A DNA stretch of 61,604 nucleotides from Nemertoderma westbladi (Eukaryota; Animalia; Xenacoelomorpha). This document shows, piece after piece, positions 50,372-61,604 of the stretch. Where the stretch lies: assembly GCA_032718475.1 (NCBI GenBank), contig JAUCBJ010005395.1, positions 1-61,604 on the forward strand, read 5' to 3'. The notes under the pieces were generated by a model that saw only the letters and a program-made list of their open reading frames with translations, had not been told where the DNA came from and made no database searches. The position numbers and the translations under genes are program-made. Within the stretch, counting starts at the first letter, position 1; each line of letters begins with the position of its first letter.

Positions 50372-51169
50372 GGACTTTCCTTCCTTACTTTCCGGACTCA
50401 GGAAAGTAGTTATATTGGCAGGATTTTCTAACCAAAACAATAATTTAAATTTAGGATCACAGTATACAGTATAATTTTTACTTCTGGGCATCAATTTTTC
50501 AATATTAATTTAACATTAACCCTACAGTAGGCCACCCCAATTGGCAATTTGCCTACGGCATTCCAGTAGGCCTGCCTTTCGGTTAGAGAGTGGACTTTTT
50601 TAAAAGTGGGAAATTCAAATTTAGTAATTCGGCAAAGACAAGTACAGTAAAGTGTCTTAAAACCCAACAACCAAATCTTAATTAAATAAAAAAGAAAATA
50701 AAGTAATAATTTATATTTTAATATTGTTATTGCATCATTACATTACAATTATAATTTTAAACCAAAATTCAATACATTTTTCGGATAAAGCGGACCTTTA
50801 GGGGATACTTTTTCGGCAGAAGCGGACCTTTTGGGGATTTGGGGTAGTGCACGTGCCCATTAGGGTGGTTCATATTTGAAAATTTTTTGAATTTCAGCTG
50901 GGTCCATGTTCTAATTTGTTCCAAATTGCATAAAAACACATTTGATAACTTCAAAATGTGTTGGAGTTTCCGGAAACTCGACCCACCGTGGCATCATAGT
51001 AGCTGCTTGAACCGTCGCCAAGTCCCACATAAAATGTAATCATAATTGTTTTGAAGGTGTCTACTCCAACTAAATCGGTCATTGCGGTTCTAATGAGCAT
51101 AAATATCAATGCAGTAGGAATACTAGAAGTTGATCATCACAAAAATGGGGAATATGACTGAAAATGGGA

Positions 51170-52045
51170 ATACGGAGGCGATTTTGTTCTAGTGTCAAGC
51201 TTGGGGGAACCAATGAGACACCTCCAATGTTATATAGTGTCTGGTTGGAGATGTGTTCATTGTATTTGACACAATGAACCCGGCGTAGCATTCTTGTGAA
51301 TGTGCCATCCAGAGATTTGGTGTCCTCAGCAGTTAGAGCCCAGCATGGACTCCCGTAGAGGAGTACTGGAACTACTGCTGCTCTAAATAATCGGACGTTA
51401 AGTTTCCGATTAATTCTCGGTGACTTCCAAATCCTGGAAAGCCTATTCAAGGCTGCTGCTCATGCCTTTCCCTTACGTATTCGAAGGTCCTCACCTGACT
51501 TCCGGATCCATCCATTGAGTTTCTGCTCATCCTGTCAGAGACTTGTTGAGGACTTTCAAAGTTAACTGTCTTTTTGGAGTCAATAAAAAGACCAACACTA
51601 GAAGCAGCCTGTTCTAATGAGCTGAGGGGCCGTTGGGCTCCCTCTAGTGATTCTGAGAGTACTCCTAAGTCATCAGCGAAGTCTAGATCAATTAGATACT
51701 TGACAGGATTGCCTCGACTTCTGGAGCCAGTAGGTGGAGTTACTGTACCATCACCCCATCATCATTATGATGATCTAAGGACATGCGTAGAACATAGTCA
51801 ACCACAATTATGAACATGAATGGCGCAAGTGTGTCTCCCTGGAGGACGCCCCATAACACTTCAAATGGTTCTGTGTCACCATCAACAGTTGACACAAATG
51901 ATGTCGAACCATCGTATACTGATCTGATTGCTGCAATAATTTCATCAGGAATCCCAATCACATGTAATGAAAGTATGCTGAACATGCGCAAGCGAGAAAC
52001 TGAATCAAAGGCTTTGAAGAAGTCAACAAAGATAACAGCCAAATG
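51170..52045 (-). mobile_element. Decayed RTE-clade LINE fragment (same family as 40150-41795)
   Basis: FVDFFKAFDSV, GVLQGDTLAPFMFIIVVDYV, DLDFADDL, PVLLYGSPCWALT...LDGTFTRMLRRV. Confidence 0.85.
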
Positions 52046-52229
52046 TCTGTATTTATTTTTTGATAACGCAGCGATGTTCTTGTAGGCGTGACGGTGTTAT
52101 GTGCACTGAATACTGTCGGAATTGCGATTCTTGTCATAATGTAATTCCATTGTTAAGAATGTTATAATTGTTATTAATTTACAGAGTGTAAACGGCTAAC
52201 AGATATTAAAGACACTTTATTAACAATTT

Positions 52230-52660
52230 TGACGCGTTGCCATAGTATCTAGAAAGTAAAACATATTGCATATTTTTCCATATACTCAATATAGTGGGGG
52301 TAGAGGTTGATTTAAAAACGCTGCGGCTAATATGTAGCTTGTTTTTAGTCAAGGTTACTCGTTGCCATGACAACTAGAAGCTGAAAAAGAATGCGTATTG
52401 TTCCATATAGATGATATAATAGTGATAGTTCCATCATGATACGATCACTGAATACGCATTACAAAGCCCGTTGCTATGGACATTGTCAATATTGCTATCT
52501 TTGTGGGTCGTTTTCGCCTGGTTGCTAAGGTATTTTCAAAAAACGAAATATGCCATTAAATTCTTCATATCAAATATAGTAATCTGCTATAAATTTTAAA
52601 TCGTCATATCTACTATAAGAGCTGTTTGCTATGGTAATTTTCTCCGTTGCTATGTTTAAG
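52230..52660. promoter_or_regulatory. Cluster of RFX X-box-like motifs upstream of OSCP1
   Basis: GTTGCCATGACAAC (52361-52374), plus GTTGCCATAGTAT, GTTGCTATGGACAT, GTTGCTAAGG, TTTGCTATGGTAAT and GTTGCTATG; they may be carried by a transposon. Confidence 0.45.
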
Positions 52661-53000
52661 ACCCACTAAAAAACGAGCGCAACCATTTGGTGAAGTCTAC
52701 CCAATTTTTTTAAATGTCCCAAGTCTGCACTAAACATCTATGTAGGGTAGCCGAGTCATATATAAAATTCCTACGGGGTCATAGGCTGGAGCCTGTACTA
52801 TAGTGCCCATAGTGCTGATTTCATTGACTTTGATTGACAGTCCGTACTACAGTCATACAATCAGACAGTACTGCAGTTGCAGTACTACCGGTACTGTACT
52901 ACAGTACTACTATCATCACCACGGTTAGATTAATTTTAATTAATTCCGTCCCCGTCCGGTTAACTATAGTCTTAAATAAAACAGGAACAGCATTACCATC

Positions 53001-54146
53001 ATGTCGTTACGAACTCTTCCGATTCTCTTTATCAACCTCGGTGGGGAGATGCTCTACATCTTGGACCAACGCCTCCGAGCTCAGAATATCGCCCCAGAGA
53101 AGGGGAGGAAGGTGATGCACGATATAATCAGCACAATGTTCAAACAGCGCTTCGTAGAGGAACTATTTAAGCCTCAGGAATCCTACAACAAACGCGCTAT
53201 GCGTACCGTCTTTGACCGTCTTGCACACGCGTCGATAATGCGACTGAATTCCACGAGTATGGACAAACTTTACGACCTGATGACGATGTCAGTTAAGTAC
53301 GAAGTCTGTATGTGTCCGCGACCGGCCGATCTACTGCTCGTTACGCTCAACCACATGGACGCGATCCGCGACTTCGTAAAAGGAAACGTTGAGGTCACCG
53401 CTTTGGTGGAGAAGGTATTCGCGCTGTTGGAATCAACATACGGCACAGCGAATACTGCCGACTTCCAGAACATTCGGCAGTCGCTGCTCGCGTTCTTCCA
53501 GGACATGCACATCCGGGTCTCCATCTTCCTGAGGGACGGTCTCCAAGGCAACAACGGCCGGTTCGTCATCGCGACTCGCGGGCCGGTGCCGCATGGCTCG
53601 GCCCCGACCAACCGCATCCGCTTCTACCGCTCCGACGGCTGCGTCGCCACGCCGTACGAGGGCAGCGCGGGCCGTTTCGAGGAGGCCCTCCCGCCCGGAT
53701 CCACGGCCGCGCACGGCGACCGCGGGACCCGCATCGGGACCAACATGTACGCGAACTCGGTGGCCCCCGCGAGCTGCACTGTGACCGAGTCAGACGCCGT
53801 CGACGAACTCGCGTTAACGCGACGCGGTTCCTCCAGCAACGCGGACATTGCCAACGCCGAACTCAACGTGCTCGCCTCCCTGCTGGGGGGCGCGGAAGGG
53901 GGCGCCTCCAAGGAGGTCTCCCACAACCTCTTCCGACTCAACCTGGACGGCGCCTCGTCGCCACAGAAAACCCGCGTTTGCGACCGAGGGAACTCATCGG
54001 TGTTGCGATTCGATGCGACTCGCACCGCCATCCCGAGCGAACTGGCGGCCGCCGCGGCGATGTTTGAGGAGAAACCCAAGGAGAAAGCGAGTCCGGCGGG
54101 GAACAAAGGTGCCGATTTATTCGAGCTGATGATGGGAGAGGATTAG
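53001..54146 (+). CDS. OSCP1: Protein OSCP1, single coding exon, 381 aa
   Basis: N-terminus MSLRTLPILFINLGGEMLYILDQRLRAQNI and RLAHASIMRLNSTSMDKLYDLMTMSVKY are OSCP1 signatures; the C-terminal KGADLFELM matches the family end. Confidence 0.93.
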   Translation: MSLRTLPILFINLGGEMLYILDQRLRAQNIAPEKGRKVMHDIISTMFKQRFVEELFKPQESYNKRAMRTVFDRLAHASIMRLNSTSMDKLYDLMTMSVKYEVCMCPRPADLLLVTLNHMDAIRDFVKGNVEVTALVEKVFALLESTYGTANTADFQNIRQSLLAFFQDMHIRVSIFLRDGLQGNNGRFVIATRGPVPHGSAPTNRIRFYRSDGCVATPYEGSAGRFEEALPPGSTAAHGDRGTRIGTNMYANSVAPASCTVTESDAVDELALTRRGSSSNADIANAELNVLASLLGGAEGGASKEVSHNLFRLNLDGASSPQKTRVCDRGNSSVLRFDATRTAIPSELAAAAAMFEEKPKEKASPAGNKGADLFELMMGED

Positions 54147-57100
54147 TGGTGGTTGGGAGAGGATTAGTGGTGGTTGGGAGAGGATTAGTGTTGGTTGGGA
54201 GAGGATTAGTGGTGATTGGGAGAGGATTAGTGGTGGTTGGGAGAGGATTAGTGGTGGTTGGGAGAGGATTAGTGGTGGTTGGGAGAGGATTAGTGGTGGT
54301 TGGGAGAGGATTAGTGGTGGTTGGGAGAGGATTAGTGTGGTTGGGAGAGGATTAGTGGTGGTTGGGAGAGGATTAGTGGTGGTTGGGAGAGGATTAGTGG
54401 TGGTTGGGAGAGGATTAGTGTGGTTGGGAGAGGATTAGTGTGGTTGGGAGAGGATTAGTGGTGGTTGGGAGAGGATTAGTGGTGGTTGGGAGAGGATTAG
54501 TGGTGGTTGGGAGAGGATTAGTGGTGGTTGGGAGAGGATTAGTGGTGGTTGGGAGAGGATTAGTGGTGGTTGGGAGAGGATTAGTGGTGGTTGGGAGAGG
54601 ATTAGTGGTGGTTGGGAGAGGATTAGTGGTGGTTGGGAGAGGATTAGTGGTGGTTGGGAGAGGATTAGTGGTGGTTGGGAGAGGATTAGTGGTGGTTGGG
54701 AGAGGATTAGTGGTGGTTGGGAGAGGATTAGTGGTGGTTGGGAGAGGATTAGTGGTGGTTGGGAGAGGATTAGTGGTGGTTGGGAGAGGATTAGTGGTGG
54801 TTGGGAGAGGATTAGTGGTGGTTGGGAGAGGATTAGTGGTGGTTGGGAGAGGATTAGTGGTGGTTGGGAGAGGATTAGTGGTGGTTGGGAGAGGATTAGT
54901 GGTGGTTGGGAGAGGATTAGTGGTGGTTGGGAGAGGATTAGTGGTGGTTGGGAGAGGATTAGTGGTGGTTGGGAGAGGATTAGTGGTGGTTGGGAGAGGA
55001 TTAGTGGTGGTTGGGAGAGGATTAGTGGTGGTTGGGAGAGGATTAGTGGTGGTTGGGAGAGGATTAGTGGTGGTTGGGAGAGGATTAGTGGTGGTTGGGA
55101 GAGGATTAGTGGTGGTTGGGAGAGGATTAGTGGTGGTTGGGAGAGGATTAGTGGTGGTTGGGAGAGGATTAGTGGTGGTTGGGAGAGGATTAGTGGTGGT
55201 TGGGAGAGGATTAGTGGTGGTTGGGAGAGGATTAGTGGTGGTTGGGAGAGGATTAGTGGTGGTTGGGAGAGGATTAGTGGTGGTTGGGAGAGGATTAGTG
55301 GTGGTTGGGAGAGGATTAGTGGTGGTTGGGAGAGGATTAGTGGTGGTTGGGAGAGGATTAGTGGTGGTTGGGAGAGGATTAGTGGTGGTTGGGAGAGGAT
55401 TAGTGGTGGTTGGGAGAGGATTAGTGGTGGTTGGGAGAGGATTAGTGGTGGTTGGGAGAGGATTAGTGGTGGTTGGGAGAGGATTAGTGGTGGTTGGGAG
55501 AGGATTAGTGGTGGTTGGGAGAGGATTAGTGGTGGTTGGGAGAGGATTAGTGGTGGTTGGGAGAGGATTAGTGGTGGTTGGGAGAGGATTAGTGGTGGTT
55601 GGGAGAGGATTAGTGGTGGTTGGGAGAGGATTAGTGGTGGTTGGGAGAGGATTAGTGGTGGTTGGGAGAGGATTAGTGGTGGTTGGGAGAGGATTAGTGG
55701 TGGTTGGGAGAGGATTAGTGGTGGTTGGGAGAGGATTAGTGGTGGTTGGGAGAGGATTAGTGGTGGTTGGGAGAGGATTAGTGGTGGTTGGGAGAGGATT
55801 AGTGGTGGTTGGGAGAGGATTAGTGGTGGTTGGGAGAGGATTAGTGGTGGTTGGGAGAGGATTAGTGGTGGTTGGGAGAGGATTAGTGGTGGTTGGGAGA
55901 GGATTAGTGGTGGTTGGGAGAGGATTAGTGGTGGTTGGGAGAGGATTAGTGGTGGTTGGGAGAGGATTAGTGGTGGTTGGGAGAGGATTAGTGGTGGTTG
56001 GGAGAGGATTAGTGGTGGTTGGGAGAGGATTAGTGGTGGTTGGGAGAGGATTAGTGGTGGTTGGGAGAGGATTAGTGGTGGTTGGGAGAGGATTAGTGGT
56101 GGTTGGGAGAGGATTAGTGGTGGTTGGGAGAGGATTAGTGGTGGTTGGGAGAGGATTAGTGGTGGTTGGGAGAGGATTAGTGGTGGTTGGGAGAGGATTA
56201 GTGGTGGTTGGGAGAGGATTAGTGGTGGTTGGGAGAGGATTAGTGGTGGTTGGGAGAGGATTAGTGGTGGTTGGGAGAGGATTAGTGGTGGTTGGGAGAG
56301 GATTAGTGGTGGTTGGGAGAGGATTAGTGGTGGTTGGGAGAGGATTAGTGGTGGTTGGGAGAGGATTAGTGGTGGTTGGGAGAGGATTAGTGGTGGTTGG
56401 GAGAGGATTAGTGGTGGTTGGGAGAGGATTAGTGGTGGTTGGGAGAGGATTAGTGGTGGTTGGGAGAGGATTAGTGGTGGTTGGGAGAGGATTAGTGGTG
56501 GTTGGGAGAGGATTAGTGGTGGTTGGGAGAGGATTAGTGGTGGTTGGGAGAGGATTAGTGGTGGTTGGGAGAGGATTAGTGGTGGTTGGGAGAGGATTAG
56601 TGGTGGTTGGGAGAGGATTAGTGGTGGTTGGGAGAGGATTAGTGGTGGTTGGGAGAGGATTAGTGGTGGTTGGGAGAGGATTAGTGGTGGTTGGGAGAGG
56701 ATTAGTGGTGGTTGGGAGAGGATTAGTGGTGGTTGGGAGAGGATTAGTGGTGGTTGGGAGAGGATTAGTGGTGGTTGGGAGAGGATTAGTGGTGGTTGGG
56801 AGAGGATTAGTGGTGGTTGGGAGAGGATTAGTGGTGGTTGGGAGAGGATTAGTGGTGGTTGGGAGAGGATTAGTGGTGGTTGGGAGAGGATTAGTGGTGG
56901 TTGGGAGAGGATTAGTGGTGGTTGGGAGAGGATTAGTGGTGGTTGGGAGAGGATTAGTGGTGGTTGGGAGAGGATTAGTGGTGGTTGGGAGAGGATTAGT
57001 GGTGGTTGGGAGAGGATTAGTGGTGGTTGGGAGAGGATTAGTGGTGGTTGGGAGAGGATTAGTGGTGGTTGGGAGAGGATTAGTGGTGGTTGGGAGAGGA

Positions 57101-60100
57101 TTAGTGGTGGTTGGGAGAGGATTAGTGGTGGTTGGGAGAGGATTAGTGGTGGTTGGGAGAGGATTAGTGGTGGTTGGGAGAGGATTAGTGGTGGTTGGGA
57201 GAGGATTAGTGGTGGTTGGGAGAGGATTAGTGGTGGTTGGGAGAGGATTAGTGGTGGTTGGGAGAGGATTAGTGGTGGTTGGGAGAGGATTAGTGGTGGT
57301 TGGGAGAGGATTAGTGGTGGTTGGGAGAGGATTAGTGGTGGTTGGGAGAGGATTAGTGGTGGTTGGGAGAGGATTAGTGGTGGTTGGGAGAGGATTAGTG
57401 GTGGTTGGGAGAGGATTAGTGGTGGTTGGGAGAGGATTAGTGGTGGTTGGGAGAGGATTAGTGGTGGTTGGGAGAGGATTAGTGGTGGTTGGGAGAGGAT
57501 TAGTGGTGGTTGGGAGAGGATTAGTGGTGGTTGGGAGAGGATTAGTGGTGGTTGGGAGAGGATTAGTGGTGGTTGGGAGAGGATTAGTGGTGGTTGGGAG
57601 AGGATTAGTGGTGGTTGGGAGAGGATTAGTGGTGGTTGGGAGAGGATTAGTGGTGGTTGGGAGAGGATTAGTGGTGGTTGGGAGAGGATTAGTGGTGGTT
57701 GGGAGAGGATTAGTGGTGGTTGGGAGAGGATTAGTGGTGGTTGGGAGAGGATTAGTGGTGGTTGGGAGAGGATTAGTGGTGGTTGGGAGAGGATTAGTGG
57801 TGGTTGGGAGAGGATTAGTGGTGGTTGGGAGAGGATTAGTGGTGGTTGGGAGAGGATTAGTGGTGGTTGGGAGAGGTGTGGTGGTGGGAGGGTTGTGGTG
57901 GTTGGGAGAGGATTAGTGGTGGTTGGGAGAGGATTAGTGGTGGTTGGGAGAGGATTAGTGGTGGTTGGGAGAGGATTAGTGGTGGTTGGGAGAGGATTAG
58001 TGGTGGTTGGGAGAGGATTAGTGGTGGTTGGGAGAGGATTAGTGGTGGTTGGGAGAGGATTAGTGGTGGTTGGGAGAGGATTAGTGGTGGTTGGGAGAGG
58101 ATTAGTGGTGGTTGGGAGAGGATTAGTGGTGGTTGGGAGAGGATTAGTGGTGGTTGGGAGAGGATTAGTGGTGGTTGGGAGAGGATTAGTGGTGGTTGGG
58201 AGAGGATTAGTGGTGGTTGGGAGAGGATTAGTGGTGGTTGGGAGAGGATTAGTGGTGGTTGGGAGAGGATTAGTGGTGGTTGGGAGAGGATTAGTGGTGG
58301 TTGGGAGAGGATTAGTGGTGGTTGGGAGAGGATTAGTGGTGGTTGGGAGAGGATTAGTGGTGGTTGGGAGAGGATTAGTGGTGGTTGGGAGAGGATTAGT
58401 GGTGGTTGGGAGAGGATTAGTGGTGGTTGGGAGAGGATTAGTGGTGGTTGGGAGAGGATTAGTGGTGGTTGGGAGAGGATTAGTGGTGGTTGGGAGAGGA
58501 TTAGTGGTGGTTGGGAGAGGATTAGTGGTGGTTGGGAGAGGATTAGTGGTGGTTGGGAGAGGATTAGTGGTGGTTGGGAGAGGATTAGTGGTGGTTGGGA
58601 GAGGATTAGTGGTGGTTGGGAGAGGATTAGTGGTGGTTGGGAGAGGATTAGTGGTGGTTGGGAGAGGATTAGTGGTGGTTGGGAGAGGATTAGTGGTGGT
58701 TGGGAGAGGATTAGTGGTGGTTGGGAGAGGATTAGTGGTGGTTGGGAGAGGATTAGTGGTGGTTGGGAGAGGATTAGTGGTGGTTGGGAGAGGATTAGTG
58801 GTGGTTGGGAGAGGATTAGTGGTGGTTGGGAGAGGATTAGTGGTGGTTGGGAGAGGATTAGTGGTGGTTGGGAGAGGATTAGTGGTGGTTGGGAGAGGAT
58901 TAGTGGTGGTTGGGAGAGGATTAGTGGTGGTTGGGAGAGGATTAGTGGTGGTTGGGAGAGGATTAGTGGTGGTTGGGAGAGGATTAGTGGTGGTTGGGAG
59001 AGGATTAGTGGTGGTTGGGAGAGGATTAGTGGTGGTTGGGAGAGGATTAGTGGTGGTTGGGAGAGGATTAGTGGTGGTTGGGAGAGGATTAGTGGTGGTT
59101 GGGAGAGGATTAGTGGTGGTTGGGAGAGGATTAGTGGTGGTTGGGAGAGGATTAGTGGTGGTTGGGAGAGGATTAGTGGTGGTTGGGAGAGGATTAGTGG
59201 TGGTTGGGAGAGGATTAGTGGTGGTTGGGAGAGGATTAGTGGTGGTTGGGAGAGGATTAGTGGTGGTTGGGAGAGGATTAGTGGTGGTTGGGAGAGGATT
59301 AGTGGTGGTTGGGAGAGGATTAGTGGTGGTTGGGAGAGGATTAGTGGTGGTTGGGAGAGGATTAGTGGTGGTTGGGAGAGGATTAGTGGTGGTTGGGAGA
59401 GGATTAGTGGTGGTTGGGAGAGGATTAGTGGTGGTTGGGAGAGGATTAGTGGTGGTTGGGAGAGGATTAGTGGTGGTTGGGAGAGGATTAGTGGTGGTTG
59501 GGAGAGGATTAGTGGTGGTTGGGAGAGGATTAGTGGTGGTTGGGAGAGGATTAGTGGTGGTTGGGAGAGGATTAGTGGTGGTTGGGAGAGGATTAGTGGT
59601 GGTTGGGAGAGGATTAGTGGTGGTTGGGAGAGGATTAGTGGTGGTTGGGAGAGGATTAGTGGTGGTTGGGAGAGGATTAGTGGTGGTTGGGAGAGGATTA
59701 GTGGTGGTTGGGAGAGGATTAGTGGTGGTTGGGAGAGGATTAGTGGTGGTTGGGAGAGGATTAGTGGTGGTTGGGAGAGGATTAGTGGTGGTTGGGAGAG
59801 GATTAGTGGTGGTTGGGAGAGGATTAGTGGTGGTTGGGAGAGGATTAGTGGTGGTTGGGAGAGGATTAGTGGTGGTTGGGAGAGGATTAGTGGTGGTTGG
59901 GAGAGGATTAGTGGTGGTTGGGAGAGGATTAGTGGTGGTTGGGAGAGGATTAGTGGTGGTTGGGAGAGGATTAGTGGTGGTTGGGAGAGGATTAGTGGTG
60001 GTTGGGAGAGGATTAGTGGTGGTTGGGAGAGGATTAGTGGTGGTTGGGAGAGGATTAGTGGTGGTTGGGAGAGGATTAGTGGTGGTTGGGAGAGGATTAG

Positions 60101-60487
60101 TGGTGGTTGGGAGAGGATTAGTGGTGGTTGGGAGAGGATTAGTGGTGGTTGGGAGAGGATTAGTGGTGGTTGGGAGAGGATTAGTGGTGGTTGGGAGAGG
60201 ATTAGTGGTGGTTGGGAGAGGATTAGTGGTGGTTGGGAGAGGATTAGTGGTGGTTGGGAGAGGATTAGTGGTGGTTGGGAGAGGATTAGTGGTGGTTGGG
60301 AGAGGATTAGTGGTGGTTGGGAGAGGATTAGTGGTGGTTGGGAGAGGATTAGTGGTGGTTGGGAGAGGATTAGTGGTGGTTGGGAGAGGATTAGTGGTGG
60401 TTGGGAGATGGATTAGTTGTGGTTGGGAGAGGATTAGTGGTGGTTGGGAGAGGATTAGTGGTGGTTGGGAGAGGATTAGTGGTGGTT
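54133..60487 (+). repeat. Minisatellite E, 21-bp unit TGGTGGTTGGGAGAGGATTAG, about 300 near-identical copies; unit contains the last codons and stop of OSCP1
   Basis: OSCP1 ends ATG GGA GAG GAT TAG, and TGGGAGAGGATTAG is 14 of the 21 nt of every unit. Rare variants at about 54190-54440, 57875-57897 and 60408-60420. Confidence 0.95.
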
Positions 60488-61074
60488 CGGATGATTTGTG
60501 CAATCCAGAACATAACTACTTATTTTTGTACCTTTTAATGTTAATATTTTTATGATTTTGTTTTTCTCTTTCTCTGTATTAGTATAATTACTTTGTAACA
60601 TTTGGTATCGACGCAGGTTTGTGTATATCAGGTTTCTGAGACGAGCGATGTTTGTGTGTGAACAAATAGCTGTTGTATTCCATAAACAATTAATTGTGCT
60701 TAAACGTTTGAACTGGTGTCTTTTTTGTACCTTTTTAACCCGTTTTGTATTATCGTTGTTTTATTTTCACGGTAGGTAAATAATTTATTGATTTAAATTG
60801 TGTTTGAATAAGTAACTCTGTTAATCGTTAATGTTTTTAATTGAATCTGTATTTTCATGTATTAATTAATATTAGTTGATTGTATTTTGCCGCCAAATTA
60901 AAAAATACTCACAAAAAGCAAATATATTCCCTCCATATTCCCTCCCCACTGCATACCGTAAAAGACCTTTAATCTTCCAATTATTTGTATTTGTGCTCTT
61001 TAATCTCAATTTATTTTACCCAGTTGTTTGTACTTAAAGTAGTCTGGAATTAAATCTGTAAAATATGTTCGGAT

Positions 61075-61350
61075 TTATAATCGTCCGCATTTGATCATCT
61101 TCTTAAATGTTTGTCTGAATGTCGGTGCCGCAATAATATATAGAAAGAAGTTGATGCAGCTGTTTATACTGAGAGCAGATTCTCCAATAACTCTGTAAAG
61201 GTAGTTTAGTGCGAACATTTCGGGTGTAAGAGAGGTGCGAGTGCCCAGGGTAACGAATGCAACAGTCGTCGAGATTAGGATGAGGAAACAGGTACATACC
61301 AAACACAACATTACTGTTATACCTGTGTCGCTGCAATTCGCATGTTGTTT
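61075..61350 (-). CDS. Terminal exon (TM6-TM7-helix 8) of a rhodopsin-family, peptide-receptor-like GPCR; the rest lies beyond the window
   Basis: TTTTTACAG|KQHANCSDTGITVMLCLVCTCFLILIST...SINSCINFFLYIIAAPTFRQTFKKMIKCGRL*; NSxINFFLY is the NPxxY variant of FMRFamide-receptor-like GPCRs. Confidence 0.75.
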   Translation of the reverse strand, partial: KQHANCSDTGITVMLCLVCTCFLILISTTVAFVTLGTRTSLTPEMFALNYLYRVIGESALSINSCINFFLYIIAAPTFRQTFKKMIKCGRL

Positions 61351-61604
61351 CTGTAAAAATACAATAAATATACACCATGTCCTGGAATATGGTGTTTTTA
61401 TTCAGGTATATGCCCCCCCCCACAAAATTTTTTTTTTCTATAAATCTAAATGAGATTGCATGAAATTTGAAACATAGTTAGTTTTACCTCCCTCCTCCTT
61501 AGTGGGTGAGCTAGAATTTTTGTTTTCGCTTTTATTGTTTAGCTATAAGCGTTTGAAAAAGGTGTCTCCGACGACATTGCACCAGGTAAACTACAATTAT
61601 TCTT

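Noticed and set aside
53270-54129. Overlapping antisense and alternate-frame ORFs in OSCP1 (and 46010-46795 in DHRS7)
   Set aside because: Shadow ORFs of GC-rich coding sequence with no recognisable motifs.
54133-60487. Telomere or telomerase-added repeat
   Set aside because: The unit is 21 bp rather than TTAGGG/TTAGG, matches the OSCP1 coding end, and has unique sequence and a gene on the far side.
54435-60555. 2022-, 1158-, 886- and 849-aa ORFs
   Set aside because: Translations of the 21-bp array, open only because the unit is a multiple of 3; no unique domain or credible start.

Overview
AT-rich genomic DNA from an invertebrate animal (spliceosomal GT-AG introns, LINEs, MITEs); the species cannot be identified from this window. 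Protein-coding content: a 9-exon amino-acid transporter (Aa_trans, SLC36/AVT3/ANT1-like, minus strand, 11600-37033, 525 aa, all exon phases consistent), single-exon NDUFB5, DHRS7 and OSCP1, a 2-exon orphan secreted Cys-rich peptide, the last exon of a rhodopsin-family GPCR, and a CCHC-knuckle ORF broken by one TGA. There is one intact tRNA-Cys(GCA), plus decayed L2/CR1 and RTE LINEs and several non-autonomous DNA transposons. Two things stand out. (1) About 21 kb of minisatellite in five arrays, four of them made from copies of a functional gene boundary: two splice donors and one branch point plus acceptor of the transporter, and the last codons plus stop of OSCP1. The acceptor unit reads as a complete GT...branch point...AG micro-intron. 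(2) Two unrelated families of small elements in which a minimal type I hammerhead ribozyme sits between Pol III A and B boxes in a tRNA-like scaffold. They occur in tandem or inverted (Penelope-like) arrangements, and one family shows a compensatory base change between copies. The very long ORFs in the ORF track are repeat artefacts. All coordinates and copy numbers were read by eye.
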